This document shows, piece after piece, positions 1 through 9,205 of a stretch of DNA of 64,000 nt. The notes under the pieces are model-generated. The model did not search any database, was not told where the DNA came from, and saw nothing but the letters and a program-made list of their open reading frames with translations. Made by a program: the position numbers and the translations under genes. The first letter of the stretch is position 1. Each line of letters starts with the position of its first letter. The DNA is from an uncultured Candidatus Saccharibacteria bacterium (GTDB taxonomy: Bacteria; Patescibacteriota; Minisyncoccia; Phycocordibacterales; UBA12088): NCBI GenBank assembly GCA_964567265.1, contig CAZMLK010000002.1, positions 66,996 to 130,995 on the forward strand, in the 5' to 3' direction.

Positions 1-20
1 ACCTGCGCAACTCCCCTATT

Positions 21-617
21 CTACTTAACTTCCTCTTTTTCGCCAGCCTCGGCTGCAACTTCTTCAAGTGGCATTTCCTCGGCAGCAGCTGCAGTCGCTT
101 CCTCTGCCTTCGAAGCAGCTTCAGCGGCAACCTTTTCCTCAGCCTCCTTCTGTGCCTGCATTTCAGCTGCAATGCGCGCTTCCTCGGCAGCAGTGGCTTC
201 TGCTTCCTTCTTCACGCGGTCCTTGTCTTCCATATCGCTGCCGGTAGACGTAGCGGCACCGAGCTCGCGGGTCGAGCGCATCTGCTTGCGGATCTCCTTC
301 GCTGCCTTTTCGCGGATGTAGTAGAGCTTGGCGCGGCGCACACGAGAGCGCTTCACGACCTCAACCTTGTCCATCATAGGAGAGTAGAGCGGGAAGGTCT
401 TCTCGACGCCGATTCCGTCGATGACGCGGCGGACCGTGAAGGTCGCGCCTGCCTGATTGCCGCCCTTCCGTGCCAACACAAGGCCTTCGAAGAGCTGGAG
501 GCGGGTCTTGCCCTTTTCCTGGATCTTCTGGTACACGCGAACAGTATCCCCGGCCCGAAGGTCGATGGATTGGCGCTTTTCTGTATTGACCGGTGAGTGA
601 ACCGCAGTCGTTTTCAT
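21..617 (-). CDS. rplS: 50S ribosomal protein L19 with long Ala/Glu/Lys-rich C-terminal extension
   Basis: ORF 21..656; core KTTAVHSPVNTEKRQSIDLRAGDTVRVYQKIQEKGKTRLQLFEGLV...VRRAKLYYIREK is a canonical L19 sequence; start moved to internal MKTT (ATG at 615-617 on minus strand); last ~85 aa low-complexity A/E/K. Confidence 0.85.
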   Translation of the reverse strand: MKTTAVHSPVNTEKRQSIDLRAGDTVRVYQKIQEKGKTRLQLFEGLVLARKGGNQAGATFTVRRVIDGIGVEKTFPLYSPMMDKVEVVKRSRVRRAKLYYIREKAAKEIRKQMRSTRELGAATSTGSDMEDKDRVKKEAEATAAEEARIAAEMQAQKEAEEKVAAEAASKAEEATAAAAEEMPLEEVAAEAGEKEEVK

Positions 618-1064
618 AAGTTCGCACACTGTAACACGCAAGCCTAAAACCTGCAATTCCCGAGGGTTTCTATGGGATTTCGAGGTTTTTGAGAGCCAAG
701 AATGAGTGAACCCGGGCTACCGCCCGGGTTCGAAAGTGATCGCTATAAGGTTGTGAGCGGTAAGGGAGCAGTGAAGCCCCCTTCGACGAGGATTATTGGG
801 TACTGCTTGCCCTGGAAGGGGCAGTGCACCGGGTAGCTTGAAGGCAGCTTCTCCACCCGAGCTCGGACCCAAATGCGCCCATCCGTCTCCGCGACCCCGA
901 GAGACAGGGTTCCTGGATCGTGATCTCCAAAAATGTGCTGGTGCGCCGCCGGGGTTTGAAGATACCTACCGAGCCGTTCAACTTCTGCAGAATCCACAAC
1001 AGACATGACGACCTCCTGAACATGCTTCAAGGCTCAGGATAGCAGAACGTCGGAAATACGGAAG

Positions 1065-1787
<723 letters not shown>

Positions 1788-1790
1788 ATA

Positions 1791-2852
1791 TTATTGCGGC
1801 GTCATGCGCGGCGGCAAAGGCGGGATGAGCGCGGTCGTGAGCGCCATCAGGCGCTGCTTCGCTTCATCGGAGAGCGAGAGCTTCATGGCGGCGGTGAGCG
1901 CTTCGCTCTTGAAGTGCTCGACATGCTTCAAGCTTTCCTCGAATGCATCCGTCTTCTCGATGAGCATGAAGAGCGTCTCGATTTCAGCCTCGGAGAGATC
2001 GTTCGGGGACGCGTACATAACCGCGAATCGCTGCTTGTCCGACTCAGGAAGGACATTGAACGCCCTGAGAACCGGGAAGGTCTTCTTGCCTTCGCGGAGG
2101 TCCCCGCGGAGCGGCTTCCCTGTCTCGGCTTCGACGCCCCAGATCGAGACGATGTCATCGGCGATCTGGTATGCGACGCCGAGCGCGAATCCATACTGAT
2201 AGAGGAGTTCCTGCTCGCTTTCCGGAGCGCCCGCCATCATGCCGGCACTCTTGGTCGCCGCGCCGATCAAAGCGGCCGTCTTCTTGCCGATCATCTCGAA
2301 ATACTCGCCGACCGTGAGCGAGGGATCGACGAGGCCCTTCGTGCTCATGACGAAATCAAGATATTGCCCTTCCGTCACTTCGAGATACCGCTCTATGAGG
2401 AATGCGGACACTCCCTCGGGAACGGACACCTGGCCCTCGTTCGGCTTCACGAGCGCGAGGAATGCGAGCAAGGACTGCGCGTCGCCGGTATTGAGCGCGT
2501 GATCCGCGCCCCACAATTTCCAGACCGTCGGGCGGCCGCGCCTCGTTTCGTCTCCATCGACGATGTCGTCATGGATGAGCGTGAAATTGTGGAAGATCTC
2601 GATTGAGACCGCGAGCGGGAGCGCCGCCGCGAGCGCGCCATACTGCTCGGCGATGAAGAGCGTGAGCGCGGCACGGAACCGCTTCCCTGCGGATGTCTGC
2701 TTGGGATGCAGCTTCTCATCGGCATAGCCCATGAAGTAGCGCATCATGCCGTACATCGGGTGCGCCCCGCGCGCCAGGAGCTTCTCGCACTCACGATCGA
2801 TTGCCGGGCGATATGCGCCGAGGAGCGCGAGCGTGTCGGTATCGGGATTCAT
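1791..2852 (-). CDS. polyprenyl diphosphate synthase (trans-isoprenyl diphosphate synthase family)
   Basis: 353 aa; first DDxxD motif LIHDDIVDGDETRRGRP and second motif IADDIVS; immediately upstream of uppS. Confidence 0.8.
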   Translation of the reverse strand: MNPDTDTLALLGAYRPAIDRECEKLLARGAHPMYGMMRYFMGYADEKLHPKQTSAGKRFRAALTLFIAEQYGALAAALPLAVSIEIFHNFTLIHDDIVDGDETRRGRPTVWKLWGADHALNTGDAQSLLAFLALVKPNEGQVSVPEGVSAFLIERYLEVTEGQYLDFVMSTKGLVDPSLTVGEYFEMIGKKTAALIGAATKSAGMMAGAPESEQELLYQYGFALGVAYQIADDIVSIWGVEAETGKPLRGDLREGKKTFPVLRAFNVLPESDKQRFAVMYASPNDLSEAEIETLFMLIEKTDAFEESLKHVEHFKSEALTAAMKLSLSDEAKQRLMALTTALIPPLPPRMTPQ

Positions 2853-3547
2853 TTTCCGAAGTTCCGCTTACGATCCACGAATTCGGTGAGGATACCCTGG
2901 TATTCTTCCTTCGTGAATGCGGGCCAGAAGGAGTCAATGAAGAAGAACTCGCTGTACACCGACTGCCATGGGAGGAAGTTCGAGAGCCGGCGGGCGCCTC
3001 CGGTCCGGATGATGATGTCAGGGTCGGGAATGCCGGCAGTCCAAAGCGCATCATCGAAGGATTTTTCATCGACCGATTTCGTGCCCGACGCGAGGAGCGC
3101 ATTGACCGCATTCAGGATCTCGGAACGGCCGCCGTACGAGAGCGCGATCAAGACCGTACCAGCCGTACCGGCGGCCGTTTCCGCCTCCGCCTTCTCCATG
3201 AGTTCCTGTATATCCTTCGGGAAGCGTTCCCGCTCGCCGATCATGCGGAGACGTATTTTCTCCTCCTTCACTTCCGTGAGGTCGGAGAGGTAATCCCTGA
3301 GGAGCGCGAGGAGCGCGTTCACCTCCAAGGGGTCGCGTTTCCAGTTCTCAGTCGAGAGCGCGTAGAAGACGAGATTGTCGGCTGCGGCGAGCTCTTTCGT
3401 CCAGCGGATCACTTCCTTCAACTTCTCGCCTCCCTTCTTATGGCCATCGGGCGCGGACAGACCTTCCGCCTTTGCCCAGCGGCGGTTTCCGTCCATGATG
3501 ATGCCGATCGTCTTGCAGGTCTTTTCCATTCCGATTGGTATGTTCAC
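2849..3547 (-). CDS. uppS: undecaprenyl diphosphate synthase
   Basis: 232 aa; GIIMDGNRRWA, ALSTENWKR, RTGGARRLSNFLPWQS motifs typical of cis-prenyltransferase UppS. Confidence 0.85.
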   Translation of the reverse strand: MNIPIGMEKTCKTIGIIMDGNRRWAKAEGLSAPDGHKKGGEKLKEVIRWTKELAAADNLVFYALSTENWKRDPLEVNALLALLRDYLSDLTEVKEEKIRLRMIGERERFPKDIQELMEKAEAETAAGTAGTVLIALSYGGRSEILNAVNALLASGTKSVDEKSFDDALWTAGIPDPDIIIRTGGARRLSNFLPWQSVYSEFFFIDSFWPAFTKEEYQGILTEFVDRKRNFGK

Positions 3548-3624
3548 TACAGTATCTGAAAACTAGGAAAAATGCCCGCGGGTTCCTTTTGGGAGTCGGG
3601 GATAGTAAGAAATGCTTGAGGGAT

Positions 3625-3768
3625 GGAGGGAATCTCGAACCTTACAGGTTCGGTACGCCTTTTTAGTGGACCGGAGGGCTCGGTCCTTACAGGACCAGTA
3701 CACCTTGCGGACATTTTGTTTCGCAAGCTCACAAAATGATCTCGCAAGGTCTTCGAGCCCTCCACCGC
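3625..3768 (-). repeat. tRNA-3'-linked structured element, copy 1 (downstream of tRNA-Val; carries an extra tandem P3/P1 module)
   Basis: P1 5' strand GCGCGGTGGAGGGCTCGAA = reverse complement of tRNA-Val 3' end; P2 hairpin ACCTTGCG..CATTTTGT-loop-ACAAAATG..CGCAAGGT; GTGTACT; P3 GGTCC-TGTAA-GGACC; P1 3' strand GAGCCCTCC; see findings. Confidence 0.6.
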
Positions 3769-3792
3769 GCCACTCGTCGCTTCGCTCCTCCT

Positions 3793-3865
3793 GTGCGCGG
3801 TGGAGGGCTCGAACCCCCGACCTTCTCAGTGTAAATGAGTTGCTCTACCAACTGAGCTAACCGCG
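3793..3865 (-). tRNA. tRNA-Val (anticodon TAC), no encoded CCA
   Basis: cloverleaf read from minus strand: GCGCGGT-TA-GCTC-AGTTGGTA-GAGC-A-ACTCA-TTTACAC-TGAGA-AGGTC-GGGGG-TTCGAGC-CCTCC-ACCGCGC-A. Confidence 0.85.
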
Positions 3866-3906
3866 CATATCCTCCTTCTCAAATTTTCGCGGTCATTGGG
3901 TAATGG

Positions 3907-3938
3907 CGTGACCGCCTCTCCCAACTCAGCTAACCGCG
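3907..3938 (-). other. partial duplicate of the tRNA-Val 5' region (acceptor + D-arm fragment)
   Basis: caactcagctaaccgcgca here vs caactgagctaaccgcgca in the tRNA 42 nt away; tRNA remnant / pseudo-fragment. Confidence 0.45.
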
Positions 3939-4039
3939 CATTGAACTGACTATGCCAGAGAAGTGGCTTTTACTCAATGAGGCCAAAAAACAAAGAGGCC
4001 CCACTCAGGACCCCTTTTCACGAAACGTTTTGAACTTGC

Positions 4040-4603
4040 CTAGACAATCTCATCGATGAGGCCGAAATTAAGTGCTTCTTCGGCGGTCATGTACTTATCT
4101 CTGCCGCAAGCTTTTCGAATACGTTTCACCCCTTTACCAGCCCTCGCGCAAAGAATAGTGTATAAATGCGCCTGCTTCCGCTCGCCTGATTCTAAGAGTA
4201 GTTTCAGCTTCTTAGGATCCCGAAGAATGTCGATGCTTACTTTTTCTGTCGCGACATGATGGATGAGTATCGCCGAATGTATGGAACACTTTCGCACGTT
4301 ACACGCCTGCAGAACAATTGCTCCCATTGATGCTGCTTGCCCCAGCACCACGCCAGTAGTTTTCCCAGGATACAAGCGGAGCGCATCGTAAATGCTCAAA
4401 CCCGCATCAACATTGCCGCCGATAGACGAAATTTGGATAGTTATGTCGGGTGATCCTTTCGCACGGAGTCGGAGCAGGGCCTCACGGACATGATCCCACA
4501 TATCATCATCGACCTCGCCTGCGAGGTCGATGATGTTCTGTTCAATCAGACTCAGCGCCACATCATCAAGATGCTCACATTTCCACATTTGGAACGCCCC
4601 CAT
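4040..4603 (-). CDS. clpP: ClpP-family serine protease subunit (stand-alone, flanked by tRNA genes)
   Basis: 187 aa; ISSIGGNVDAGLSIYDAL, GQAASMGAIVL (catalytic Ser), HH...D typical ClpP triad context; no clpX adjacent. Confidence 0.75.
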   Translation of the reverse strand: MGAFQMWKCEHLDDVALSLIEQNIIDLAGEVDDDMWDHVREALLRLRAKGSPDITIQISSIGGNVDAGLSIYDALRLYPGKTTGVVLGQAASMGAIVLQACNVRKCSIHSAILIHHVATEKVSIDILRDPKKLKLLLESGERKQAHLYTILCARAGKGVKRIRKACGRDKYMTAEEALNFGLIDEIV

Positions 4604-4668
4604 GGAGTCTGAAGTTAGCCAATGGCTAGGCTAGTCGATTTAAAGGTGCGAGTCAAGGAAAGTACCCT

Positions 4669-4811
4669 GGCAGGAACTCGAAGCTTACAGCTTCAGTACA
4701 CCTTGCGGACATTTTGTTTCGCAAGCTCACAAAATGATCTCGCAAGGTCTTCGACTCCTCGCCGCAGTGTCCCCCGGACACTGCTCAGGGGCAAAAACGC
4801 TCCGCGTTTTG
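4669..4811 (-). repeat. tRNA-3'-linked structured element, copy 2 (downstream of tRNA-Arg-TCT)
   Basis: hairpin A CAGTGTCC-GGG-GGACACTG; P1 5' GCGAGGAGTCGAA = reverse complement of tRNA-Arg T-loop/stem; P2 identical to copy 1 over 55 nt; P3 GAAGC-TGTAA-GCTTC; P1 3' GAGTTCCT. Confidence 0.6.
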
Positions 4812-4883
4812 TGCCCCTGCGAGGAGTCGAACCTCGATCAACGCCTTAGAAGAGCGCTGCTCTATCCATTGAGCTACGGGGGC
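4812..4883 (-). tRNA. tRNA-Arg (anticodon TCT), no encoded CCA
   Basis: GCCCCCG-TA-GCTC-AATGGATA-GAGC-A-GCGCT-CTTCTAA-GGCGT-TGATC-CGAGG-TTCGACT-CCTCG-CAGGGGC-A; one C:A mismatch in acceptor stem. Confidence 0.8.
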
Positions 4884-4976
4884 AATGAAGCTCCGGGGGA
4901 GCTTCATTGCGAAGCGCCCTGGGGACTTGCAAGCAATGTATCACGGCGAAAGTCCCGGTCAATCCAAGTGGAGAAG

Positions 4977-5309
4977 TTAGCGCGCCGGCTCAGGCACGGA
5001 CGGAGGCGAGACTTTCAGCGTCTCGAAGCGGGCCCGCTTGGCCTCGAGCGCCGAGAGCGTCGCCTGCATCACGCCCGCATTCACCGCAGGCGTGATGGTA
5101 CCAGCATCCACGGCGGCGGATCCGTCTTCAGCGTTGGTACCGAGGAACAAGTAGACATGGTACGCGAGCGAGCCGGTGATGCAGAGGAGGAGGATCCCGA
5201 TCAGGATCGCGAAGTCACGGCTCGGATGACCGACCGCGCGGTCGGTGCTTCCGGCTTTTTTCTTGCCAAGCAGTTTGCCGAGCGATTTGATGTCGAATTG
5301 CATGTTCAT
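4977..5309 (-). CDS. hypothetical small membrane protein
   Basis: 110 aa ORF with one hydrophobic segment (FAILIGILLLCITGSLAYHVYLFL); sits upstream of pilMNO-like genes on same strand. Confidence 0.4.
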   Translation of the reverse strand: MNMQFDIKSLGKLLGKKKAGSTDRAVGHPSRDFAILIGILLLCITGSLAYHVYLFLGTNAEDGSAAVDAGTITPAVNAGVMQATLSALEAKRARFETLKVSPPSVPEPAR

Positions 5310-5324
5310 GGAAAATTGATTCGC

Positions 5325-5855
5325 TTAGTCCCTTCGCGCGACGCTGAAATCGAAGATGCCCTGCCAGTGCGCGCTCTCGCCGCCGACCTGCTCGAAGCGT
5401 GCGTGGCCGACCGTGACCACGAACGGCATCGTCTCGAGGAGCGAGAAGAGCTGGTACACGCCCTGCCAACCCCCTTCGGCGGATACCGAGAAGCGGAACG
5501 CGTCCTTCGCGTCCGGTCGCCCTGCCCCGTTATCAACCGATACCACCTTCACCGTCGTATTCGTCGGCACGCCCAAGCCTTCGATCTGCTCGAGGAATGC
5601 CACAAGGCCGTCGTCACTCAGGAACGCTTTCTCGAGCACGGCCCTCTGCGGTGCAAGCGTACGGAGAAGCGCGTCTGAGGCGGCTGCATTCTGGTCTGCC
5701 GCTGCTGCCGCGCGAAGCTCGACCGCGAGTGCCCTCGATTCCTCCCCGATCGAGATCACGCGATAGAAGAGATAGCCGTATGCAAGCGCGGCGATCAGGA
5801 ACACCCCGAACATGATGAGGACTGCGCGCAGGGTTTTTGGCATGCTCCGTTTCAT
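5325..5855 (-). CDS. type IV pilus assembly protein PilO-like
   Basis: 176 aa; N-terminal TM anchor then coiled-coil region; position directly after pilN-like gene with 4-nt overlap. Confidence 0.5.
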   Translation of the reverse strand: MKRSMPKTLRAVLIMFGVFLIAALAYGYLFYRVISIGEESRALAVELRAAAAADQNAAASDALLRTLAPQRAVLEKAFLSDDGLVAFLEQIEGLGVPTNTTVKVVSVDNGAGRPDAKDAFRFSVSAEGGWQGVYQLFSLLETMPFVVTVGHARFEQVGGESAHWQGIFDFSVARRD

Positions 5856-6403
5856 GGCTTTTTTGGTACCAACACCGTGAGTGTCAGGTTGTATGGAATA
5901 TTGTCGCTGTCTGCGAGATCAGACACCGGGAGGTCGACCTTCGAGAACAGGCCGGTGTCCTTGAGCGCGTTCGAGAACGCGACGAGGTTGGCGCGCCTGA
6001 GCGCGAGGCCTTGCACGTATACCGACGGCGCGCCGTCCGCCGCCGTCTGGTAGTCGAGCGTATTCACGACGATGCCCGATGTTTTCTTCGAGAGCACGAC
6101 GCCGAGGATATCTGAGGGATGGATGCTCGTATCCGCTGCCGATGCGCGCGCAAGCAGGCTCTTGATCGCCGCGAGATCAGCGGAGGCTTTCTTCCGCGCA
6201 TCGTGTTCCGGAGATGATTCGGCTGCTTGTTTGTCGTTAAGGAGCGCGGCATGTTTTGCTGATACCGATACGTACGTCGGGAATATGAGGAGTGCGCTCA
6301 CGCCCGCAAGAACGGCGAGCGCGCTTGCGGCAAGCACCGAGAGCCTGAGGAGATATTCCTGGCGCACCCGCTTCTTCGCGCTATCGGGGAGGAGGTTCAG
6401 CAT
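5852..6403 (-). CDS. type IV pilus assembly protein PilN-like
   Basis: 183 aa; N-terminal MLNLLPDSAKKR (INLLP-type PilN signature) followed by TM segment. Confidence 0.6.
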   Translation of the reverse strand: MLNLLPDSAKKRVRQEYLLRLSVLAASALAVLAGVSALLIFPTYVSVSAKHAALLNDKQAAESSPEHDARKKASADLAAIKSLLARASAADTSIHPSDILGVVLSKKTSGIVVNTLDYQTAADGAPSVYVQGLALRRANLVAFSNALKDTGLFSKVDLPVSDLADSDNIPYNLTLTVLVPKKP

Positions 6404-7446
6404 AGTGAATTTGCGTCAACGCTCCGGAGGGCGAGACCGAGCGCAGTCACGTACTGCACCGACTCGCGCGCAGGAACTACCGGCACGTACGCGCCCGGGA
6501 AGCGCACGTTCGTCCACACGTCTCCGCGGCCGACCGGAATATGGAGGGATGCCGAAAGATATTCCGGAATCCCGGCGACGTTCGCGTTGCCGCCGCAAAG
6601 GATGACGCGCTCCACTGTACTTCCCTTGTAGCCGTCGTGCATGGAGTGCTCCTTCCAGTAGCGTGAGTGCCGGAGGATCTCGTCGCGGAGGACCGACATG
6701 GTCGAGAGGAGCGCGTCGAAGACGACGCCGTTCCCCTTGATGAATCCTTTCTCCTGCTTCAATGCTTCCGCTTCCTCGAAGGTGATGTTGCCGACTTGGC
6801 GCTGGATCGCGCTCGTGAAGTCGTCGCCGCCGACATCCAAGGTGGCCGTGAACACGAGCTTGCCGGCGGCGACGATCGAGATCCCCGCCTTCGTCTTCCC
6901 CATGTCGACGATGAGCACCGTGCCGGCCTCACCGTACGGGACGAGCGCACGCGCGCTCGCCTCCCCTTCCATCTCCAAGGAAAGCGGCGTGAGGCCCGCG
7001 CTCCGAAATACTTCGAGATAGTCAGCGATAATCTTGCTCGGATACACGGCGATATTTATCTTCCGCGTTCCCGTTGGCGACGGCTCGCTCGGGAGGAATT
7101 CATAATCGAAAACCGACTCTGCAGGACTAAGTGGCACGTTCTCCTTCATCTGGAACTCGATCACGGTCCGGATCTGCTCCGGGGTCGCATCTTCCGGCAC
7201 GTCGGTCTGGAAAAGGTACGCATGCTCTTCAGGGAGTGACACATGCGCGAACTCGAAGCCTTCGGAGCGGCGCAGCTTTTTGAGGAACGCGCTGAACTGC
7301 GCCTTGTCGAGGATGGCGCTCGCGGACACGATGCCGGAAGGCAAAGAGGCCTTGCCGTACTTCTTGATGACGGTGCCGCTCGCGTCGGTCTCGAGGCTCA
7401 GGTATTTCACCATGTCTTCGGAAATATCGATGCCGACCGCAGGCAT
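6397..7446 (-). CDS. pilM: type IV pilus assembly protein PilM (actin-like ATPase fold)
   Basis: ORF 6397..7557; start set at internal MPAVGIDISEDMVKY (typical PilM N-terminus); actin-like motifs LIVDMGKTKAGISIV, DVGGDDFT. Confidence 0.7.
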   Translation of the reverse strand: MPAVGIDISEDMVKYLSLETDASGTVIKKYGKASLPSGIVSASAILDKAQFSAFLKKLRRSEGFEFAHVSLPEEHAYLFQTDVPEDATPEQIRTVIEFQMKENVPLSPAESVFDYEFLPSEPSPTGTRKINIAVYPSKIIADYLEVFRSAGLTPLSLEMEGEASARALVPYGEAGTVLIVDMGKTKAGISIVAAGKLVFTATLDVGGDDFTSAIQRQVGNITFEEAEALKQEKGFIKGNGVVFDALLSTMSVLRDEILRHSRYWKEHSMHDGYKGSTVERVILCGGNANVAGIPEYLSASLHIPVGRGDVWTNVRFPGAYVPVVPARESVQYVTALGLALRSVDANSLC

Positions 7447-7595
7447 ACGCAGAAAACGAGGAGGCGGAAAGAGCGCGAGTCCTTTTTCAAAACGCGAGCG
7501 CTGTTGCAGAGCTTTCGATTCCATAGAACAAGATATTCGTGCTTCAAAGTATAGCATGCAGGGTTCTCCGCTTTTTTATGCACAGCCGGAAGAAA

Positions 7596-7637
7596 AACAA
7601 AGCCGCCGCAGTCTTCGACTGCGGCGGCTTTGTTTTA
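7596..7637. terminator. bidirectional rho-independent terminator
   Basis: AGCCGCCGCAGTC-TTCG-ACTGCGGCGGCT flanked by A-run upstream and T-run downstream. Confidence 0.6.
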
Positions 7638-7642
7638 AATTC

Positions 7643-7978
7643 CTATCTAATGCGCGCGCCCGGCGTCATCGATGACGACGCCTCGAGGAGCGAGAACAAA
7701 TCCTCGCTCGACGCCGCCAGTATCATCCCGTTCGATTCAAGTCCTCGGATGACGCGCGGCTCCAAGTTCACGAGGAACGGGCACTTCTTCCCGACAAGCG
7801 TCTGGATGTCCTCGAAGAAGAGCCGGATGCCTGAGACGATCTGCCGATGTTCCGCCTCACCGAAATCAACCGTGAGCCGGAGGAGCTTGTCAGCGCCCTC
7901 GACGATCTCCACTGTTTTGATCTCCCCGATCGCGATATCGAGGAGCGCGAATGTATCAATTGAAACCCGTTCTTTCAT
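7643..7978 (-). CDS. tRNA-binding domain protein (CsaA/Trbp111-like)
   Basis: 111 aa; LLDIAIGEIKTVE...ADKLLRLTVDFGE...RQIVSGI pattern of the MetRS C-terminal / EMAP tRNA-binding fold. Confidence 0.7.
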   Translation of the reverse strand: MKERVSIDTFALLDIAIGEIKTVEIVEGADKLLRLTVDFGEAEHRQIVSGIRLFFEDIQTLVGKKCPFLVNLEPRVIRGLESNGMILAASSEDLFSLLEASSSMTPGARIR

Positions 7979-8369
7979 GTTGTTTCCTATCTAGATATCC
8001 CTGGAGTATAAGCGCGGCGGCCGATGCGTCAACGGGTCCCTTCGCGGCATCCTCCTCGCCGTGCTGGCGGCGCGCCTGCGCGCTCGTGAGGACTTCATTC
8101 TCGAAATGCACAAGGAGCTCGGTCGCCGCTTCAAGCTTCTCCTTGAATGCATGGATCGCGTCCATGATCTCGTTCTCCTTCCCTTTGAGGTCGAGTGATT
8201 CGCCGATGACGATTTCCCCAACCTCCTTCTCGCGGATGACGTCATTGATCTGAGAAAGCGCGTCCGACGCGTTGTCGATCACCTTTTCCGGAAAGGCGAA
8301 GGCGGCGTTCTCGTCGGAAACCGCGAGCCCGATCCGCTTGGTGCCATAGTCGATGCCGAGATACCGCAT
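7956..8369 (-). CDS. ruvX: Holliday junction resolvase-like protein YqgF/RuvX
   Basis: 137 aa; MRYLGIDYGTKRIGLAVSD N-terminus is the RuvX signature. Confidence 0.8.
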   Translation of the reverse strand: MRYLGIDYGTKRIGLAVSDENAAFAFPEKVIDNASDALSQINDVIREKEVGEIVIGESLDLKGKENEIMDAIHAFKEKLEAATELLVHFENEVLTSAQARRQHGEEDAAKGPVDASAAALILQGYLDRKQHERTGFN

Positions 8370-8539
8370 AGGTTACTTCAGGATCATGCTCGTGAGGTAC
8401 GGGATGCCGAGCGCGAGGACGCCGAGGAAGAAGGCGACGCTGAGGAGAAGGGCTGTTTTAAGGGTTTCTTTCATATTTTCGAGTACAGGAGTGGTATTGG
8501 ACAGGATACCACAGGGAACGCTCATGGGCGGAGTGGCTG

Positions 8540-8589
8540 TTGAAAAGCAGCAAAAAAGCGCATGCATGCGCTTTTTTGCTGCTTTTCAA
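8540..8589. terminator. perfect 25-bp-arm palindrome (bidirectional terminator)
   Basis: TTGAAAAGCAGCAAAAAAGCGCATG/CATGCGCTTTTTTGCTGCTTTTCAA exact inverted repeat with A/T runs on both sides. Confidence 0.6.
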
Positions 8590-8597
8590 AGCGCGGA

Positions 8598-9152
8598 TTA
8601 GCGCTTCTTCACCTCAAACGTGAACCGATACGAGCTTTCAGGAATCTCCTCCCCTGCTTTTGGTCCCGGAGTGACACTGATGAGGGTAACGGTGAAATCA
8701 CCGAAGACCTGCGGCTCGCCGAGCTTGAGCACATGCTCGCCATGCGCGACCGTGGTCGAGATTGCGGTCCTGACCTCGACCGTCCCCGCCCAGATGCACT
8801 GGACGCCTTCCGCGCAGCGGCTGTCAGAAACGAGCTTCCGCGGATTCACTGATACCGAAAGCCCGGTCGCGGTACCACCGAGATAGGTGGTGATGATTGA
8901 GGAAGTCGCATTCGCCGGCGGGCATGCAGCGAATTCGCAGGATGGGCCGGTGCGTCCCACCGACGAGCCGTCGGGGCAGATCTTGGCGTCCATGTTGCAG
9001 GCCTGGGGCTCGGTAGAGGTCGCCTCCGCGACCGGCACGGGATCGGGCGTATCCGCCTTGGTCGTGTCTATCTTCCCCGAAAAACTGAACCAAAACGCCG
9101 CTCCCACGAGGAGCACGGCTACCCACAGCATCAGGATCTTTTGGATGTTCAT
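8598..9152 (-). CDS. hypothetical secreted / membrane-anchored protein
   Basis: ORF 8598..9197; likely start MNIQKILMLWVAVLLVGAAFWF (signal anchor); Cys-rich extracellular region. Confidence 0.5.
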   Translation of the reverse strand: MNIQKILMLWVAVLLVGAAFWFSFSGKIDTTKADTPDPVPVAEATSTEPQACNMDAKICPDGSSVGRTGPSCEFAACPPANATSSIITTYLGGTATGLSVSVNPRKLVSDSRCAEGVQCIWAGTVEVRTAISTTVAHGEHVLKLGEPQVFGDFTVTLISVTPGPKAGEEIPESSYRFTFEVKKR

Positions 9153-9205
9153 TCTTATGTGGACGGATGGGAGGGGGTGGTCTTTCGGGGGGGGCAAAAA
9201 TGCAT

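Noticed and set aside
4884-4908. 11-bp perfect hairpin AATGAAGCTCC-GGG-GGAGCTTCATT upstream of tRNA-Arg as an additional element
   Set aside because: A single occurrence. It most simply explained as the terminator/3' structure of the upstream minus-strand gene (4977..5309). It is not part of the conserved tRNA-linked family.
8373-8567. 64-aa ORF between ruvX and the secreted-protein gene
   Set aside because: Only the last ~33 aa form a plausible hydrophobic peptide. There is no start context or conservation evidence. The region more likely holds promoter/terminator sequence (it overlaps the perfect palindrome).
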